Shown piece after piece: positions 1 through 12,900 of a DNA stretch of 64,000 nt (position 1 is its first letter; each line of letters begins with the position of its first letter). The notes under the pieces are model-generated. The model saw only the letters and a program-made list of their open reading frames with translations, was not told the DNA's origin and did not search any database. A program made the position numbers and the translations under genes. Location of the stretch: contig NC_086108.1 in the NCBI RefSeq assembly GCF_963921235.1, positions 111,788,001 to 111,852,000 on the forward strand. The letters run 5' to 3'. Origin of the DNA: Mobula hypostoma (Eukaryota).

Positions 1-150
1 CTCCTTCTTTTCCCTCCCACTGACTTATTCTGATATCTTCTGCATTCCTTTCCAATCCTGATGAAGGATCTCGGCATAAAAAGTCAACTGTTCATTCATT
101 TCCATAGATACTGCCTGACTTGCTGAGTTCATCCAACATTTTGTGTGTGT
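1..150 (+). mobile_element. Penelope-like element 3' tail with degenerate HHR motif
   Basis: cctgatgaaggatctcgg...cattttgtgtgtgtt tail shared with the other copies. Confidence 0.7.
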
Positions 151-354
151 TACCTTTCAAGAAATCTTGGTCTGTACCCCCATACCAATAAACTTAACAC
201 ATAGAACATTACAGCACAGTTCAGTACAGGCTCTTCAGTCCACAATGTTGTACGAAACTTCTAACCTACCCTACGGTTAATCAAATCCTTTACTCCCACA
301 TAACCTCCATTTTTCTATCATCTATGTGCCTACCAAAGAACCCCTTAAACTTTT

Positions 355-632
355 ATTTTTATTTTATTCAAAGATGCAGCACAGACCAGAACCTTCCGGC
401 CCAACAAGCTGGGCCACCAGCAGCCCACCTATTTAACCCTAGCTCAATCATGGGGCCATTTACTGGCCTAGCCGGTCCATCTTTGGACTGTGGGAGGAAA
501 CCGAAGCACTGAGAGAAAACCCGCATATTCCTCGAGGAGTGTGTACAAACTCCTCACAGAGGACACCAGGATTGAACTCTGAACTCTGATGCCCTAAGCT
601 GTAATGTGCTAAGCACTACGCTAATGTGGCGC
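355..632 (-). mobile_element. V-SINE/HE1-like SINE (other copies at about 13760-14040, 14470-14630, 17270-17368, 42545-42750, 46200-46340, 52775-52925, and 58495-58617 joined to 61275-61375)
   Basis: Recurrent core tctttggactgtgggaggaaacc(g)gagcac...gaaaaccc and a B-box-like ggattgaactc on the reverse strand. Confidence 0.65.
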
Positions 633-1103
633 CCAAATATCCCTGATGTATCAACCTCCACCACCCACCCAGGCATCTACCACTTTCTGTGTCAAAATAA
701 AAACTTACCTCTGATATCGCCCCCTATACCTTTCTCCAATCTCCTTAGATTTATGCCCTGCTCTCCTTGTCACTGTGAAGGTGGGGTGAGCCATTTTCAG
801 TCTCGTAAAATGTCTCTGGTTGCCCACTTGATCTATAAACACCTCATGATGTAGCAGGAGAGACTGGGTCTGTTGGGCTTGTGTTCACTGGAGTTTCAAA
901 GAAAGAGGGGGAGGGGGATCTCAAAGCAGCGTTTTTAAGGACTGGACAGACCAGATATGGGAAAGCTGTTCCTGCGCTGAGGAGTTTTGACCTACCATTC
1001 AATGGTTCAGGTAACCGGATGCAGAACCAAAATCAGGAGAAATGATTGAATCTCAATCAGGTTTATTAACCCTGTCATAGATGTTGTGAAATTATCTCCA
1101 GTC

Positions 1104-1625
1104 TGTTTCGACATGTCAGTTCATGGCCTCCTCTTCTGCTACAATGAGGCCACTCTCAGGTTGGAGGAGCAACACTTTATATTCCGTCTGGTTAGCCTCC
1201 AACCTGATAGCACGAACTTCGATTTCTCTCCGTCATTTCTTTCCCCTCCCTCTTCTCTTTTCTTCAATTTCCCTCCCTGGTCTCTTACCTCTTCTCTTCA
1301 CCTATCACCTCTCCCCGGTGCTCTTCCTCTTCCCCTTTTCTCACCTGGTTCACTCTCCTCTCCTATCAGATTCCTCCTTCTCCAGCCCTTTATCTTTTCC
1401 ACCTATCACCTCCCAGCTTCTTCCTTCAACTTCTCTCCCACCCACCCGGCTTGACCTTCCACCTTCGAGCTTGTCCTCTCCCCCCCACCAACCTTATTCT
1501 GGCATTCTCCCCTTTTCTTCCCAGACTTGATGAAGGGTCTCAGCCTGAAACGTTGACAGTTTATTCATTTCCACAGATGCTGCCTAACCTGCTGAGGTCC
1601 TCCAGCATTTTGCGCGTGTTGTTGT
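1104..1625 (+). mobile_element. Penelope-like element 3' fragment (end of GIY-YIG ORF, pyrimidine-rich UTR, HHR motif, tail)
   Basis: DMSVHGLLFCYNEATLRLEEQHFIFRL.SLQP matches the C-terminus of ORF 60273..61058; HHR motif at about 1523-1558. Confidence 0.85.
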
Positions 1626-1926
1626 GAAATTTGTTCTTTTGTGGCAACAGTACTCCGCAAAGACAGAGAGAAATAACAAGGTTTATACACAGAATGCTCA
1701 GAAATCTTGTGGCAGGAGGGAAGGAATTCTTCTTGAATCATTGAATGTGGGTCTTCAGACTTATGTACCTCTTCCCTGATGGTGATAATGAAAAGCAGGC
1801 ATGTCCCAGATGGTAAGGGCCCTCTTCTTGAGACATCACCTCTTGAAAATATCTCAGAGGGTGGTGACTGTATGGAATTCTCTCCCACAGAAAGCAGTGG
1901 AGACCAAGTCATTATATGCAATGGAT

Positions 1927-2119
1927 GCAACACACATCAAAGTTGCTGGGGAACACAGCAGGCCAGGCAGCATCTCTAGGAAGAGGTACAGTCGACGTTT
2001 CAGGCCGAGACCCTTCATCAGGACTCTTCTTAGAGATGTTGCCTGGCCTGCTGCGTTCACCAGCAACTTTGATGTGTGTTGCTTGAATTTCCAGCATCTG
2101 CAAAATTCCTCTTGTTTGC
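1927..2119. mobile_element. Fold-back Penelope mini-element with HHR motif in the loop
   Basis: Arms 1927-1985 and 2024-2082 are inverted repeats; minus-strand HHR motif at 1990-2025; AATGGAT is duplicated on both flanks. Confidence 0.8.
1990..2025 (-). ncRNA. Minimal hammerhead ribozyme motif
   Basis: AGTCCTGATGAAGGGTCTCGGCCTGAAACGTCGACT on the minus strand. Confidence 0.7.
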
Positions 2120-2122
2120 ATA

Positions 2123-2800
2123 TATAATGGATTCTGGTTAACTGGGACACATCGGGGCCAGTACATTTAGGGCCAATTAAGTGGCTGCCTCAATTAGCCC
2201 AAGTTTAATGGAAATAGTTAAAAAGACTGTTACTGTTCAACTGAGTAACATATTATTTATATATATATATATGTGTGTGTGTGTATGAAATATAGAACAA
2301 ATTAGAATACTAACAATATGACTACAGTACTATAAAACCGTGCATGAGTTCCTTATAGTTATTAACAGGGGAATTCATACCGAGTTCTTTTGGTTGACTG
2401 TAAATAAACAAAATCAGTGCAGACACTTAGTGCAGATAACAGAATGCCTTTGTTGCTTTCCTGCATGAAGTGGTGTTGCAATCCAACAATAAGTTTCCTG
2501 GCACATTATCAAAAATCACTGCTTTTAGAACCGGCATCCATCGGCCCAAATGAATAACACAAGCACACGTAATTGATGCTATTTAAAAACTGTTCCCTCT
2601 GTGCACAGCGTAGTGTCCAACTGCAACACAAGCGCAAGTGACAGACACTAGTTAGAAATTGTTCGGCAACAGGCTCCTGCCCCAATTAAGTGGCAAAATG
2701 TCCCAAATAAATGAGGGGACTCCAAGCTATTTTCCTCGATTAGTTTTTGTTCTTTAAGAGTTGTCCCAAATAAAAGGCTATGCCAATTAACCGGAATCAT
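2123..2800. mobile_element. Tc1/mariner-pogo (Tigger-like) MITE
   Basis: Terminal inverted repeats (TIRs) gattctggttaactgg and ccaattaaccggaatc, plus subterminal inverted ccaattaagtggc and gtcccaaata motifs. Confidence 0.6.
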
Positions 2801-2871
2801 GGGTATATTCAGGAATGAACAGGATACATTATTTGATGCCAAAGGGATGAAGCGATATGGGGAGAAAGTGG

Positions 2872-3750
2872 TGTTACTTACCCCGTAACTGGGTTGCCAA
2901 ACCAGCAGAAATGGATCACTCAGTTGGAGTCTGGATTACTGGAACTAAGAAAGTTTTATTAAAGAAACAAGCAACACAGTACTCTAATCAAAAGGATAAT
3001 GAATACAACAGTTCAGCAATGATAAACACACATGTACACAGAAACTAGGATAATAGGATCAATCAAGCTCTATCGTCGTCTAGGGGTAAATGACCAGTTT
3101 CAAAGTGATGCAAAGTTCAGTTCAATTGAGTTCAGTTCAGTTCACAGTAATCACTGCCGTGGGGGAGAGAGAGAGAAAGCAAATGAATATTCAAAAACGG
3201 CTTCCACACAGACCTTCGATATTCCTCGCAGTTAGCTTTTGGGCGAGCCCTTTGTAATGTCTTCTGAGGTCACCGACTGTGACCCCTCCGTTCCTCTACA
3301 GCGAACCTGGCACCCAGGCAAGGGCGGACACACACCAGGTTCCCGCCGATCGTTCCTTTCCACCCTGTGCGTCTACGGCTTGGTCTCGCGACCAGCCCTC
3401 CAAAAACTCCCACCGACTTGTGGGAGACGCACTGCTTCCAGGGTCTCGTTACCTCGGGGTGTCGTGTGTGTCTTGCCTTAGCGAACCTGTCCCTTTTTAT
3501 CCCCCTGCTGGGGTATCGCCTGTCCATCACTTCAAACAGTTCAGGGTTCAAAGAGGAGCCAGTCTTGACAATTCCCAGACTGCTGTCTCCTTCCGTTAAG
3601 CTCTCTCGTCTCTTCATCAACATTTCCAAATGCTGCTCCATTGTCTTTACTTATCTCTCTCTCCTGAAGACAGGTGGCAGATCAATTGTTGATCCCATTG
3701 GTGATAGCACAGGACAGTCAATATCTTAGTCTATGTGTACTTTCGTCACA
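2872..3750 (-). mobile_element. Solo LTR (Gypsy-type), 879 bp
   Basis: TGTTAC...GTCACA termini; 4-bp TSD GTGG (2868-2871 and 3751-3754) inside a CR1 3' fragment; AATAAA on the minus strand near 2955. Confidence 0.85.
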
Positions 3751-3892
3751 GTGGGAACAGGCGAGTTGGATGATCAGACACGATTCTCTTGAATTTGAAA
3801 TGGAAGGACCAAATGCCTTCATTCTGCTCCCATTTTCTATATTTCTATGTTTTATCTGGCATTACTTAAATTAAATTTATGTTTATTTCCAG

Positions 3893-3966
3893 CTAACAAA
3901 GCATGGGGTCCCATATGAGAACACAGATGGGCTGTGTGTCCAACTTATCACCTGCTCTCCAGACTG
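3893..3966 (+). CDS. DNAI3: DNAI3 exon ([25 protein letters not shown]), phase 0 to 2
   Basis: ttatttccAG acceptor and GTAGGT donor; matches the WDR63 QLVTCSADC motif. Confidence 0.9.
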
Positions 3967-6900
3967 GTAGGTATATACTGTGTGTTCTTATTTATCACAC
4001 ACAGATATCCATCAACCATTCATCTTGAGTAGTATAGAGATCCTCTCTGGATCGCGGTCAACCATGGAAGATGCGTCCTACCTGACTATGTTGTCGGTGG
4101 AGCACTGTTGGTCAATACACAGGCTAGTGCAGTACAATATGGAGGGCAAGCTGTTGCCCATGTGACAGGCTGCCCCCTCTCCACGCAGCTGATCGATCCA
4201 AAGGAATGGCAGAGACTGATACAGTTTGGCACCGGTGGTGTTACAGGAGATGCCAGTCAATATTGAACTCAACGTAAGACTGCCTTAGGGACTCCAGCTC
4301 TGGAGCTTTCCCCCCCGCACTGGTATAGCTACAAGGCAGCGGAGGTTTGAGATCTGAGTTTTCTTTCTCCTTGATGAGTTGCAACCACGGCTGACGAGCC
4401 CCATCTGCCCAGAGCGACTGGTTTTAGGGCACCAGTAACCCACCTTTGCCCCTTCTCCTGCCAGTAGAAACGGTTCCACTGGGCTTAGTGGCAAAGCACA
4501 TGTGAAGTCCAGGACCCCAAACAAGAGAAAATCTACATTTGCTGGAAATCCGAAGCAACACACACAAAGTGCTGGAGGAACTCATTGGGCCAGACAGCAT
4601 CTATCAGAAAGAGTAAACAGTTGATGGTTGGGCTGAGAAAGGACTGGAGAGGAAGAGAAGTCAGAATAAGAAGGTGGGGGGAGGGGAGGAAGAAGTACAA
4701 GGTGGTAGGTGATAGGTGAAACCGGGAGAGGGGAATGAGTGAAGTACAGAGCTGGGAAGTTGATTGGTAAAAAAGATACAGGGCTGGAGAAGGGGAAATC
4801 TTATAGGAGAGGACAGAAGATCATGGAAGAACAGGAAGTGGGCCATTTCTTTAGCCAGAGAGTGGTGAATCTGTGGAATTCAGCTGTGGAGGCCAAGCCT
4901 TTATATATATTTAAGGCAGAGGTTGATAGATTCTTGATTGGTCAGGACATGAAGGGATACCATAAGACCATAATATATAGGAGCAGAATTAGGCCAGCTG
5001 GCCCATTGACTCTGCTCCGTCATTTCATCATGGCTGATCCAATTTTCCTCTCTGCTTTAATATCCTGCCTTCTCTCCATAACCCTGACCAATCAAGAATT
5101 TATCTACCTCCCTTTTCTTTCCTTCATGGCCTTCTGTCCTCTCCTATCAGACTCCCACTTCTCCAGCCCTGTATCTCTTTCAGCAATCAAATTCCCAGCT
5201 CTTTACTTCACCCCTCCCCCTCCTGGTTTCACCTATCACCTTGTCTTCCTCCCCTACCCCCACCTTCTAACAGTGACTCCTCACCTCTTTTTTCCAGTCC
5301 TGATGAAGGGTCTCAGCCCAAAATGCCGATTGTACTCTTTTCCATAGATGCTGCCTGGCCTACTGAGTTCCTCCAGCATTTTGTGTGTGTTGCTTGGATT
5401 TCCAGCATCTGCAGATTTTCCTTTGCTTGCGATCGTACACTGCATACAATTATAAGGGAAGTATATTTACAAATTTCAGCTTTATCGAACAGTTAGTAGG
5501 AAAAAGAAAAGAAAAAATAAAAAGGGCCTATCACAGTTAAACCAGTCCAAATGTGTACATAAGCTGGAGCTCATGTTGAAGTTGTCTTTAACTCACGCGC
5601 TGGACCCCGGTCTGTGTGAAAGCACACACCACCTTCTGAATGTCACTCGAAATCCATCTCGAACGATCGGGCTCCCCCACGGGAGTATTGGTCCTTCTTC
5701 CTTGCAGCTATTCACCTGCACCAACACCTTGTGTAACAAGCTATGCATCCTCAGCCATCTTCCCTCCTGTCTTCTCCTAGCCTCCACCAAAAAGTCCTCG
5801 ACCCACACCAGTGTCCATTATCAAAAACCTCTCCGCCAGTTTCTTCTAGAATCTTCTCCCAATTCCACCATCCTGATTCACTGACACAACATTCCTAAGT
5901 TGAACAACATAGCCCCTTATCTTTAGCTCAAATCCAAACATGCTAAAAGCAGAACAGACTGCTCTTACAGAGCTGTTAAAATGAAATGTCTGCAGCATAG
6001 CAGTAAAAATCTTAGCCAGGGCATTACATCCTTGCCCCACCAAAAATAGTCATGTCCTCATGACTTTGAACTTTATCAACCCATTATTAATAACACAGTT
6101 TTCAAATGTGATGTCAGGATCTCCAATGCATTTGTGAATGTGAATCTGAATATCTCACTAGGGGGATAGACACAACACTCCGTTCTCCTGGTGTGTCACA
6201 GGCCGGCCTATCTGGGGTTTCCTGACTCTTTGAGACGTGCTTATCCCATCTTTAACCCTTCCAGCTTCAACCACCTCTTGTGACCCTTCCTGTCTACTAG
6301 AGGGTGGCTCCCCCATCTATCACTTGAGTCTTTGGTGGCTCAGGTACCCCTGCTCCATGACTGAATTTAACTTCCTTCAGTTTAAGCAAGAGTTGCCATA
6401 TATCTTCAACCTCAGCTGGTGCTAACTGGTGAGACCTCTCTTGGAAAAGGTATCCTCAGTCACTCTAATAGTGTGGCAAGTACTCCTGGAGTAACCAACA
6501 TCAAACTCATCAGTAGGAAACTCATCTTCACATCCCAACATATTCTCAGTTAATCTCCTTTTCCATTCCTCAGACATTCCGGTAAATTTGAGTGTTCCTG
6601 TCACTCTAGTTACTCCTCCAGGATGTAACACGACAGGTTTAGACTGTGTGTACCACACAGTTCCTCGTTTCTGCTGATCATCCTGCTTAGGAGGAACTTG
6701 CACCTTCTCAAAAGCAGCTTTGAACACGGTGAATGGAGAAGGTTTTCAAAAAGTTCTTTCCATTCCTCTCCTTGCATGCTTCCAGGAGCCTTCTCACAAT
6801 GGCAGTATTTGTTCTCATAATACTGTAATGGAAGCTTCGCCCTTTACAGCTGGATCTGGGCAGACCAGCACTGGTGTGTCAATAGTCTCAGTTACTCCAA

Positions 6901-9900
6901 CATCTGCTTCTGAAAACTCCAGCTTCAATGACAAGTAACCTTTGTGTGGATATCCATCAGTACTAAGCTCCTGAATCTCAAGGGCACCGAGTGGCATCAA
7001 TGGTAAATGCGTTAAATACCAGTTGCAAATGGATCGACAAAGTAAAGTAACTTGAGAACCTGTGTCAAGTACGGATCCAGCATGAACACCTCCAGTCCGT
7101 ATGGATACATCTTAGCTTGGTCCCACTAAACCTTCAGGAATAGTGTTGCGTATTTCCCTTGGTACACTAATAGGAATTGTATCCTCTCTGGAATGCCTCT
7201 CTGGATTTACTGGATCCTCGGTAGTTTTACCAATTTTCTTCTCTGTTTGATAAACCGCCGATTTACTTTCCGAAGATTTTCCTGTCCTTCACACTCCTGT
7301 TTGAAATGTCCATCTTCTCCACAGTTGTAACAGAAAATACCGGTCACTACCCTGGTCAAGGGACCCCGCTCAGTAGCAGATCTCACCTTGGTACGTCCCA
7401 CCAGTGGGTCCAGCTTCCTATCGGCCTTGCCATGCCTGGTGGCAGCACCAACCGATATCATCCAAAATACCTTGGCCCTCAGATCTTTCACAACATCCTG
7501 CAAAACTGCTTGTGTGACATCAGGGGTCGCTTTAGCAATAGAGGCTGCTACCAAGGACTGTACCCTGCTGACGGAGGCCTCCCACTCCTCCATCGCGTTT
7601 TCCTCCTCTCTAACTTCTCTGAGTAACGCAGTAAAAGGTGGAAGCCGATGCATCTTGTGGGTCATTGGAATACGTAGAGCCATCACATCATGTGACAACG
7701 TGCCCTTCACAACTTGCTCCGTCCTCAAGCAATTTCTCTCAGACGGTTGAATGCCCCCTTTGTGGCACAAACAGTAGCAGTTTCTGCAACCTGAAGATGT
7801 CGGCAGACAACTTCTCTCCTTCCTCCTGGAATGAGTGCCTAAACTTCTTCCTAAGATCGGCTGCACTTCTAGCAGTGCCAAAAATATCTTCCAGAGCTTG
7901 TAGGTAATTAGCTGACGTGGCTAATAGATTTTCTGCTTTTAGGAACCTCACTATGCCAGCTGTCGGCCCCTTTAAACTCTCCACATGTTATCTGAGCCCT
8001 GCCATTCATCCAGTGACTGAGATGTCTGCTCAGGCCAAACCTCACATTCGTCTTCCCCATCAGGTGTGGGCTTGACCCCAGAGAACACTCCCACCCTACA
8101 GTAACTTTGGCTCTCTGCAGATATACATCTGAATTTATCAACCAGTGATGTAATATAGAAACATAGAAAATAGGTGCAGGAGTAGGTCATTCGGCCCTTC
8201 GAGCCTGCACCGCCATTCAGTATGATCATGGCTGATCATCCAACTCAGAACCCTGTACCAGCCTTCCCTCCATACCCCCTGATCCCTTTAGCCAGAAGGG
8301 CCATATCTAACTCCCTCTTAAATATAGCCAGTGAACTGGCCTCAACTGGTTCCTGTGGCAGAGAATTCCACAGATTCACCACTCTCTGTGTGAAGAAGTT
8401 TTTCTTCATCTCGGTCCTAAATGGCTTCCCCTTTATCCTCAAACTGTGACCCCTCGTTCTGGACTTCCCCAACATCGGGAACAATCTTCCTGCATCTAGC
8501 CTGTCCAAACCCTTTAGAATTTTATACATTTCAATAAGATCCCCCCTCAATCTTCTAAATTCCAATGAATATAAGCCTAGTCGATCCAGTCTTTCATCAT
8601 ATGAAAGTCCTGCCATCCCAGGAATCAATCTGGTGAACCTTCTTTGTACTCCCTCAATGGCAAGAATGTCTTTCCTCAGATTAGGGGACCAAAACTGCAC
8701 ACAATACTCCAGGTGTGGTCTCACCAAGGCCTTGTACAACTGCAGTAGTACCTCCCTGCTCCTGTACTTGAATCCTCTTGCTATGAATGCCAGCATACCA
8801 TTCGCCTTTTTCACCGCCTGCTGTACCTGCATGCCCACTTTCAATGACTGGTGTATAATGTCACCGAGGTCAACGAGCTCAGAATTTAAATCAACCACTG
8901 AAGGACTCATTAGACAGACAGCTCCTTACCCTCACTCCGCACAAACGAGAGTAAATTGTCTTTAATGTCTCCGCTCGCAGCTATGGGAAACTCGTCTCCC
9001 AGTTCTTCCCCCTCTCCTGCACTTCCCCCTTCTCTAAAACGATAGCCCTCCTTGTCCAGGCACCCCAATCGTACCAGGCAGACCCACTCCAGTCATGTCC
9101 TTGCAAGTCTGAACTAAAGGGACATCTTTGCCCGCTGTTTAGTCAAACTGCTGTTCTATGATCGCAAATTTCCCTAATACTTTAACTGTACTTAAAACGC
9201 TAATCAACAATTCATCTGGGCTGCGGATATCCACCCTATTCAATTCTTGTGGGCGTTGCTCGGATTTCCAACATCTGCAGATTTTGTCTTGTTTGTGATT
9301 TCTTGCGGGTAATCTCTTTGAATAGCACCAAAGCTTAATCTCTGCGGTGTCCGTAATCAAGTATCTTAATCACTTTCCCGGCACTAATTTAAACACAGGC
9401 TTAAGCACACCAACCACTTCATCGTTTCCTCAGCAAATACACAATATTAGTGAATCAGATCGAAGACGAGTTCCCACAGTGAACCATGCCTCTGGAAACG
9501 TGGCTGGTTAGCCCTCACTAGCAAGTCCATGGAAAACCACCTTTCTCGAGCTCCATACGTCTAGGGTGGATATGACTTGGGTCCCATCAGACCGGGAGAG
9601 CTGGGATGTTTTGACCACCCACACCACAATCTGAGTGAATACTGTGTAAACGCTGTCCACTTGCAATTACCCATCGGCAAGAAATAACGGATCGTACACT
9701 GCATACAATTTTAAAGAAAGTATGTTTAAAAATTTCAGCTTTATCGAACAGTTAGTAAGAAAAAAGAAAAGAAAAAAATTAAAAAGGGCCCATTACAGTT
9801 AACCCAGTCCAAATGTGCACATAAGTCGCTCATCTTGAAGTTGTCTTTAACTCACGCGCTGGACCCACCTTCTGAATGTCATTCGAAATTCATCTCGAAC

Positions 9901-12900
9901 AAATGGGCTCCCCAGTGGGGTTATTGGTCCTTCCTCCTTGAAGCCATTCACCTGCACAAAGCACCTTGTGCAACAGGGACGGCATCCTCAGCCATCTTCC
10001 CTCTTGTTTTCTCCCAGCCACCACCAAAAGTGCCTTGACCCCCACCTCAGTGTCCATCCCAAAAACCTCTCTGCCTAGCTTTCTCTAGGACCTTCTCCTA
10101 ATTCCACCATCCTGATTGGAACAATACAGTACAGGAACAAGCCTTTTGTCCCACAATGTTGTGCTGAACCAGCTAAATTAGTACTCAAATGGCCAACTAA
10201 ATTAATCACTTCTGCCTACACACTGTCCATATCCTTCCATTTTCCTCACATTCGTGCGTCTGTCTCTAAAAATCTCTAATATATCTGCCTCTGCCATCTC
10301 CCCAGGCAGCCAGTTGCAGAAAAGATATTTATACACTAGAAATTGTGCAGAAAAGATTAAGCAGGATGTTCCCTAGAATTGGGGGCCTGAGCTACAAGGA
10401 GTGATTGTGTAGGCTAGGACTTTATTCCGTGGAATGTGGATTAAGGAGTGTCTCGATGGAGATACAGTATATCAGACTATGAGAGGCTTAGAGAGCATGA
10501 AAGCATGTAGTCCTTTCTCCCCAAGGAGGGGGTACTAACAACAAGAGGGCAGAGGTTTAAGATGAGGACATCAGGGGCAGCTTCTTCACACAAGGGGTGG
10601 CACATATTTAGAATGAGCTGCCAGGAATACTGGACACATTAACACCACTTAAAAGCCATTTAGAGAATCACAGAGCTAGGATAAGTTTGGAGGGCTATGG
10701 GTCAAGCGTGGGAAGATGGGACTCGCTTGCTGGGCAGCACAATCAGCATGGACCAGTTGGACTGAATGGCCTGTTTCTATTCTTTCTCACTGTATGACCG
10801 TGTTGGATCTTACTCACTTCAGAATGAGTTGAAAGACCTTTCTGTAAATGTCAGGAATCTGCTGGTTGGATCAAAAGATAAACTCTCTCTCTCTGCCATT
10901 CCCAGAATTCCACCAGTGGGAATTCTAATCTATCACTATCATGACCTCTCTGAGAAGCAGCCTGACTGTATAGTTGGAATCCCTATTCCCTCTCTGCAGC
11001 GCCATCCTGTTCTGGGATATACGACATACAAAATCTACTGTCCAGTCAATGAAAGAGAAACGGAAAATCGGGAAGGAACTCCAGAATCCCAAGGGAGTTC
11101 CCAACACCTTCAAACATCTGGATCTCCACTGGAAGCCGATGCATAAGGTAAGGTCAACATGTCCCATCTGGAGGGAAGGGCAAGATCTCTGGAGGTAGCT
11201 CTGGTTTTTACTGTAGGCAATTGACATTTCCTGTAGGTAGGTAACCAAAACTGCACACAATGCTCCAGAGTAGGCCTCACCAACATTACATCCTAACTCC
11301 TGTACTCAGTACATTGAATTATGAAGGCCAAGGTGTCAGAAGTTTTCTCTACCATGCGATCTACTTCTGGTGCTATTTTCAAGGAATTATAGATCTGTAT
11401 TCCCAGATCCCTCTGTTCTACCACACTCATAGTCATAGTCATAGTCATACTTTATTGATCCCGGGAGAAATTGGTTTTCGTTACAGTTGCACCATAAATA
11501 ATAAATAGTAATAGAACCATAAATAGTTAAATAGTAATATGTAAATTATGCCAGTAAATTATGAAATAAGTCCAGGACCACCCTATTGGCTCAGGGTGTC
11601 TGACCCTCCAAGGGAGGAGTTGTAAAGTTTGATGGCCACAGGCAGGAATGACTTCCTATGACGCTCTGTGTTGCATCTCGGTGGAATGAGTCTCTGGCTG
11701 AATGTACTCCTGTGCCCAACCAGTACATTATGTAGTGGATGGGAGACATTGTCCAAGATGGCATGCAACTTAGACAGCATCCTCTTTTCAGACACCACCG
11801 TCAGAGAGTCCAGTTCCATCCCCACAACATCACTAGCCTTACGAATGAGTTTGTTGATTCTGTTGGTGTCTGCCACCCTCAGCCTGCTGCCCCAGCACAC
11901 AACAGCAAACATGATAGCACTGGCCACCACAGACTCGTAGAACATCCTCAGCATCGTCCGGCAGATGTTAAAGGACCTCAGTCTCCTCAGGAAATAGAGA
12001 CGACAAACAGCACAGGCCCAACACTGATCCATATGGCACACCACTAGTCGTAGACCTCCAGTCAATCTACCGCCACACTCTGGCTACTTTTACAAAGCCA
12101 GTGTCCAATCCAATTTACTATCTCGTCTTGAGTGCCGAGTGGCTGAAACTTCTTGATGAGGATAGGACCGTGGATGGTGTATTTGTGGACTTTAGTAAGG
12201 CATTTGACAGAGTCCTTCATGGGAGAGTAATCCAGAATATTAGGATGCATGGGATCGAGGGCAAATTGGCTGTTTGGATTCAGAACTGACTTGCGCATCG
12301 AATACAGAGGGTCGTGGTTGAAGGGACTTATTCGAGCTGGATGTCTGTAACTAGTGGAGTTCTTCAGGAATCTGTGCTGGAACGTCTGCTGTTTGTGATG
12401 CAAATAAATGATGTAAATTAAAACATAGATGGGTGGGTCAGTAAGTTTGCAGATGATACCAAGATTGGTGGAGTTGTGGTTAGTGCAGAAGACTGGCAAA
12501 GAACATAGCACGATGTAGACAAGTTGCAGATATGAGCAGAGAGATGGTAGATTCTTACCAGCTTTGCTGAGCAGAGAGATCATGGGATCCAAATTGATAG
12601 GTCCGTGAATGTGGCTACATAGGTCGATAAGGTGGTTAAGAAGGCTTATGGAATTTTCTTTTTTAAACTAGTCGAGGCATTGAGTTCAAAACCCATGAGG
12701 TTATGATCCAACTTTATAAAACTCTGCTTAAGGCCACATCTGGAGTATTGTATACAGTTCTGGTCACCCCACTATAGGAAGGAATTTGAGGCTTTGGAGA
12801 GGATGCAGAAGAAATTTACCAGGATGCTGCCTGGTTTAGAGGAAATGTGGTATCATGAGAGGTTAGATAAACTTGGTTTGTCTTCTCTGGAGCATCGGAT

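Noticed and set aside
1123..1530. Ser/Pro/Leu-rich or Gly/Arg-rich ORFs in the track (also 44356-44683 and 59633-60059)
   Set aside because: Chance translations of purine/pyrimidine-skewed Penelope UTRs.
7207..8150. Domesticated PNMA/ZCCHC-like host gene
   Set aside because: Multiple frameshifts, a CR1 insertion, and flanking LTRs, PBS and protease show it is a decayed retrotransposon gag.
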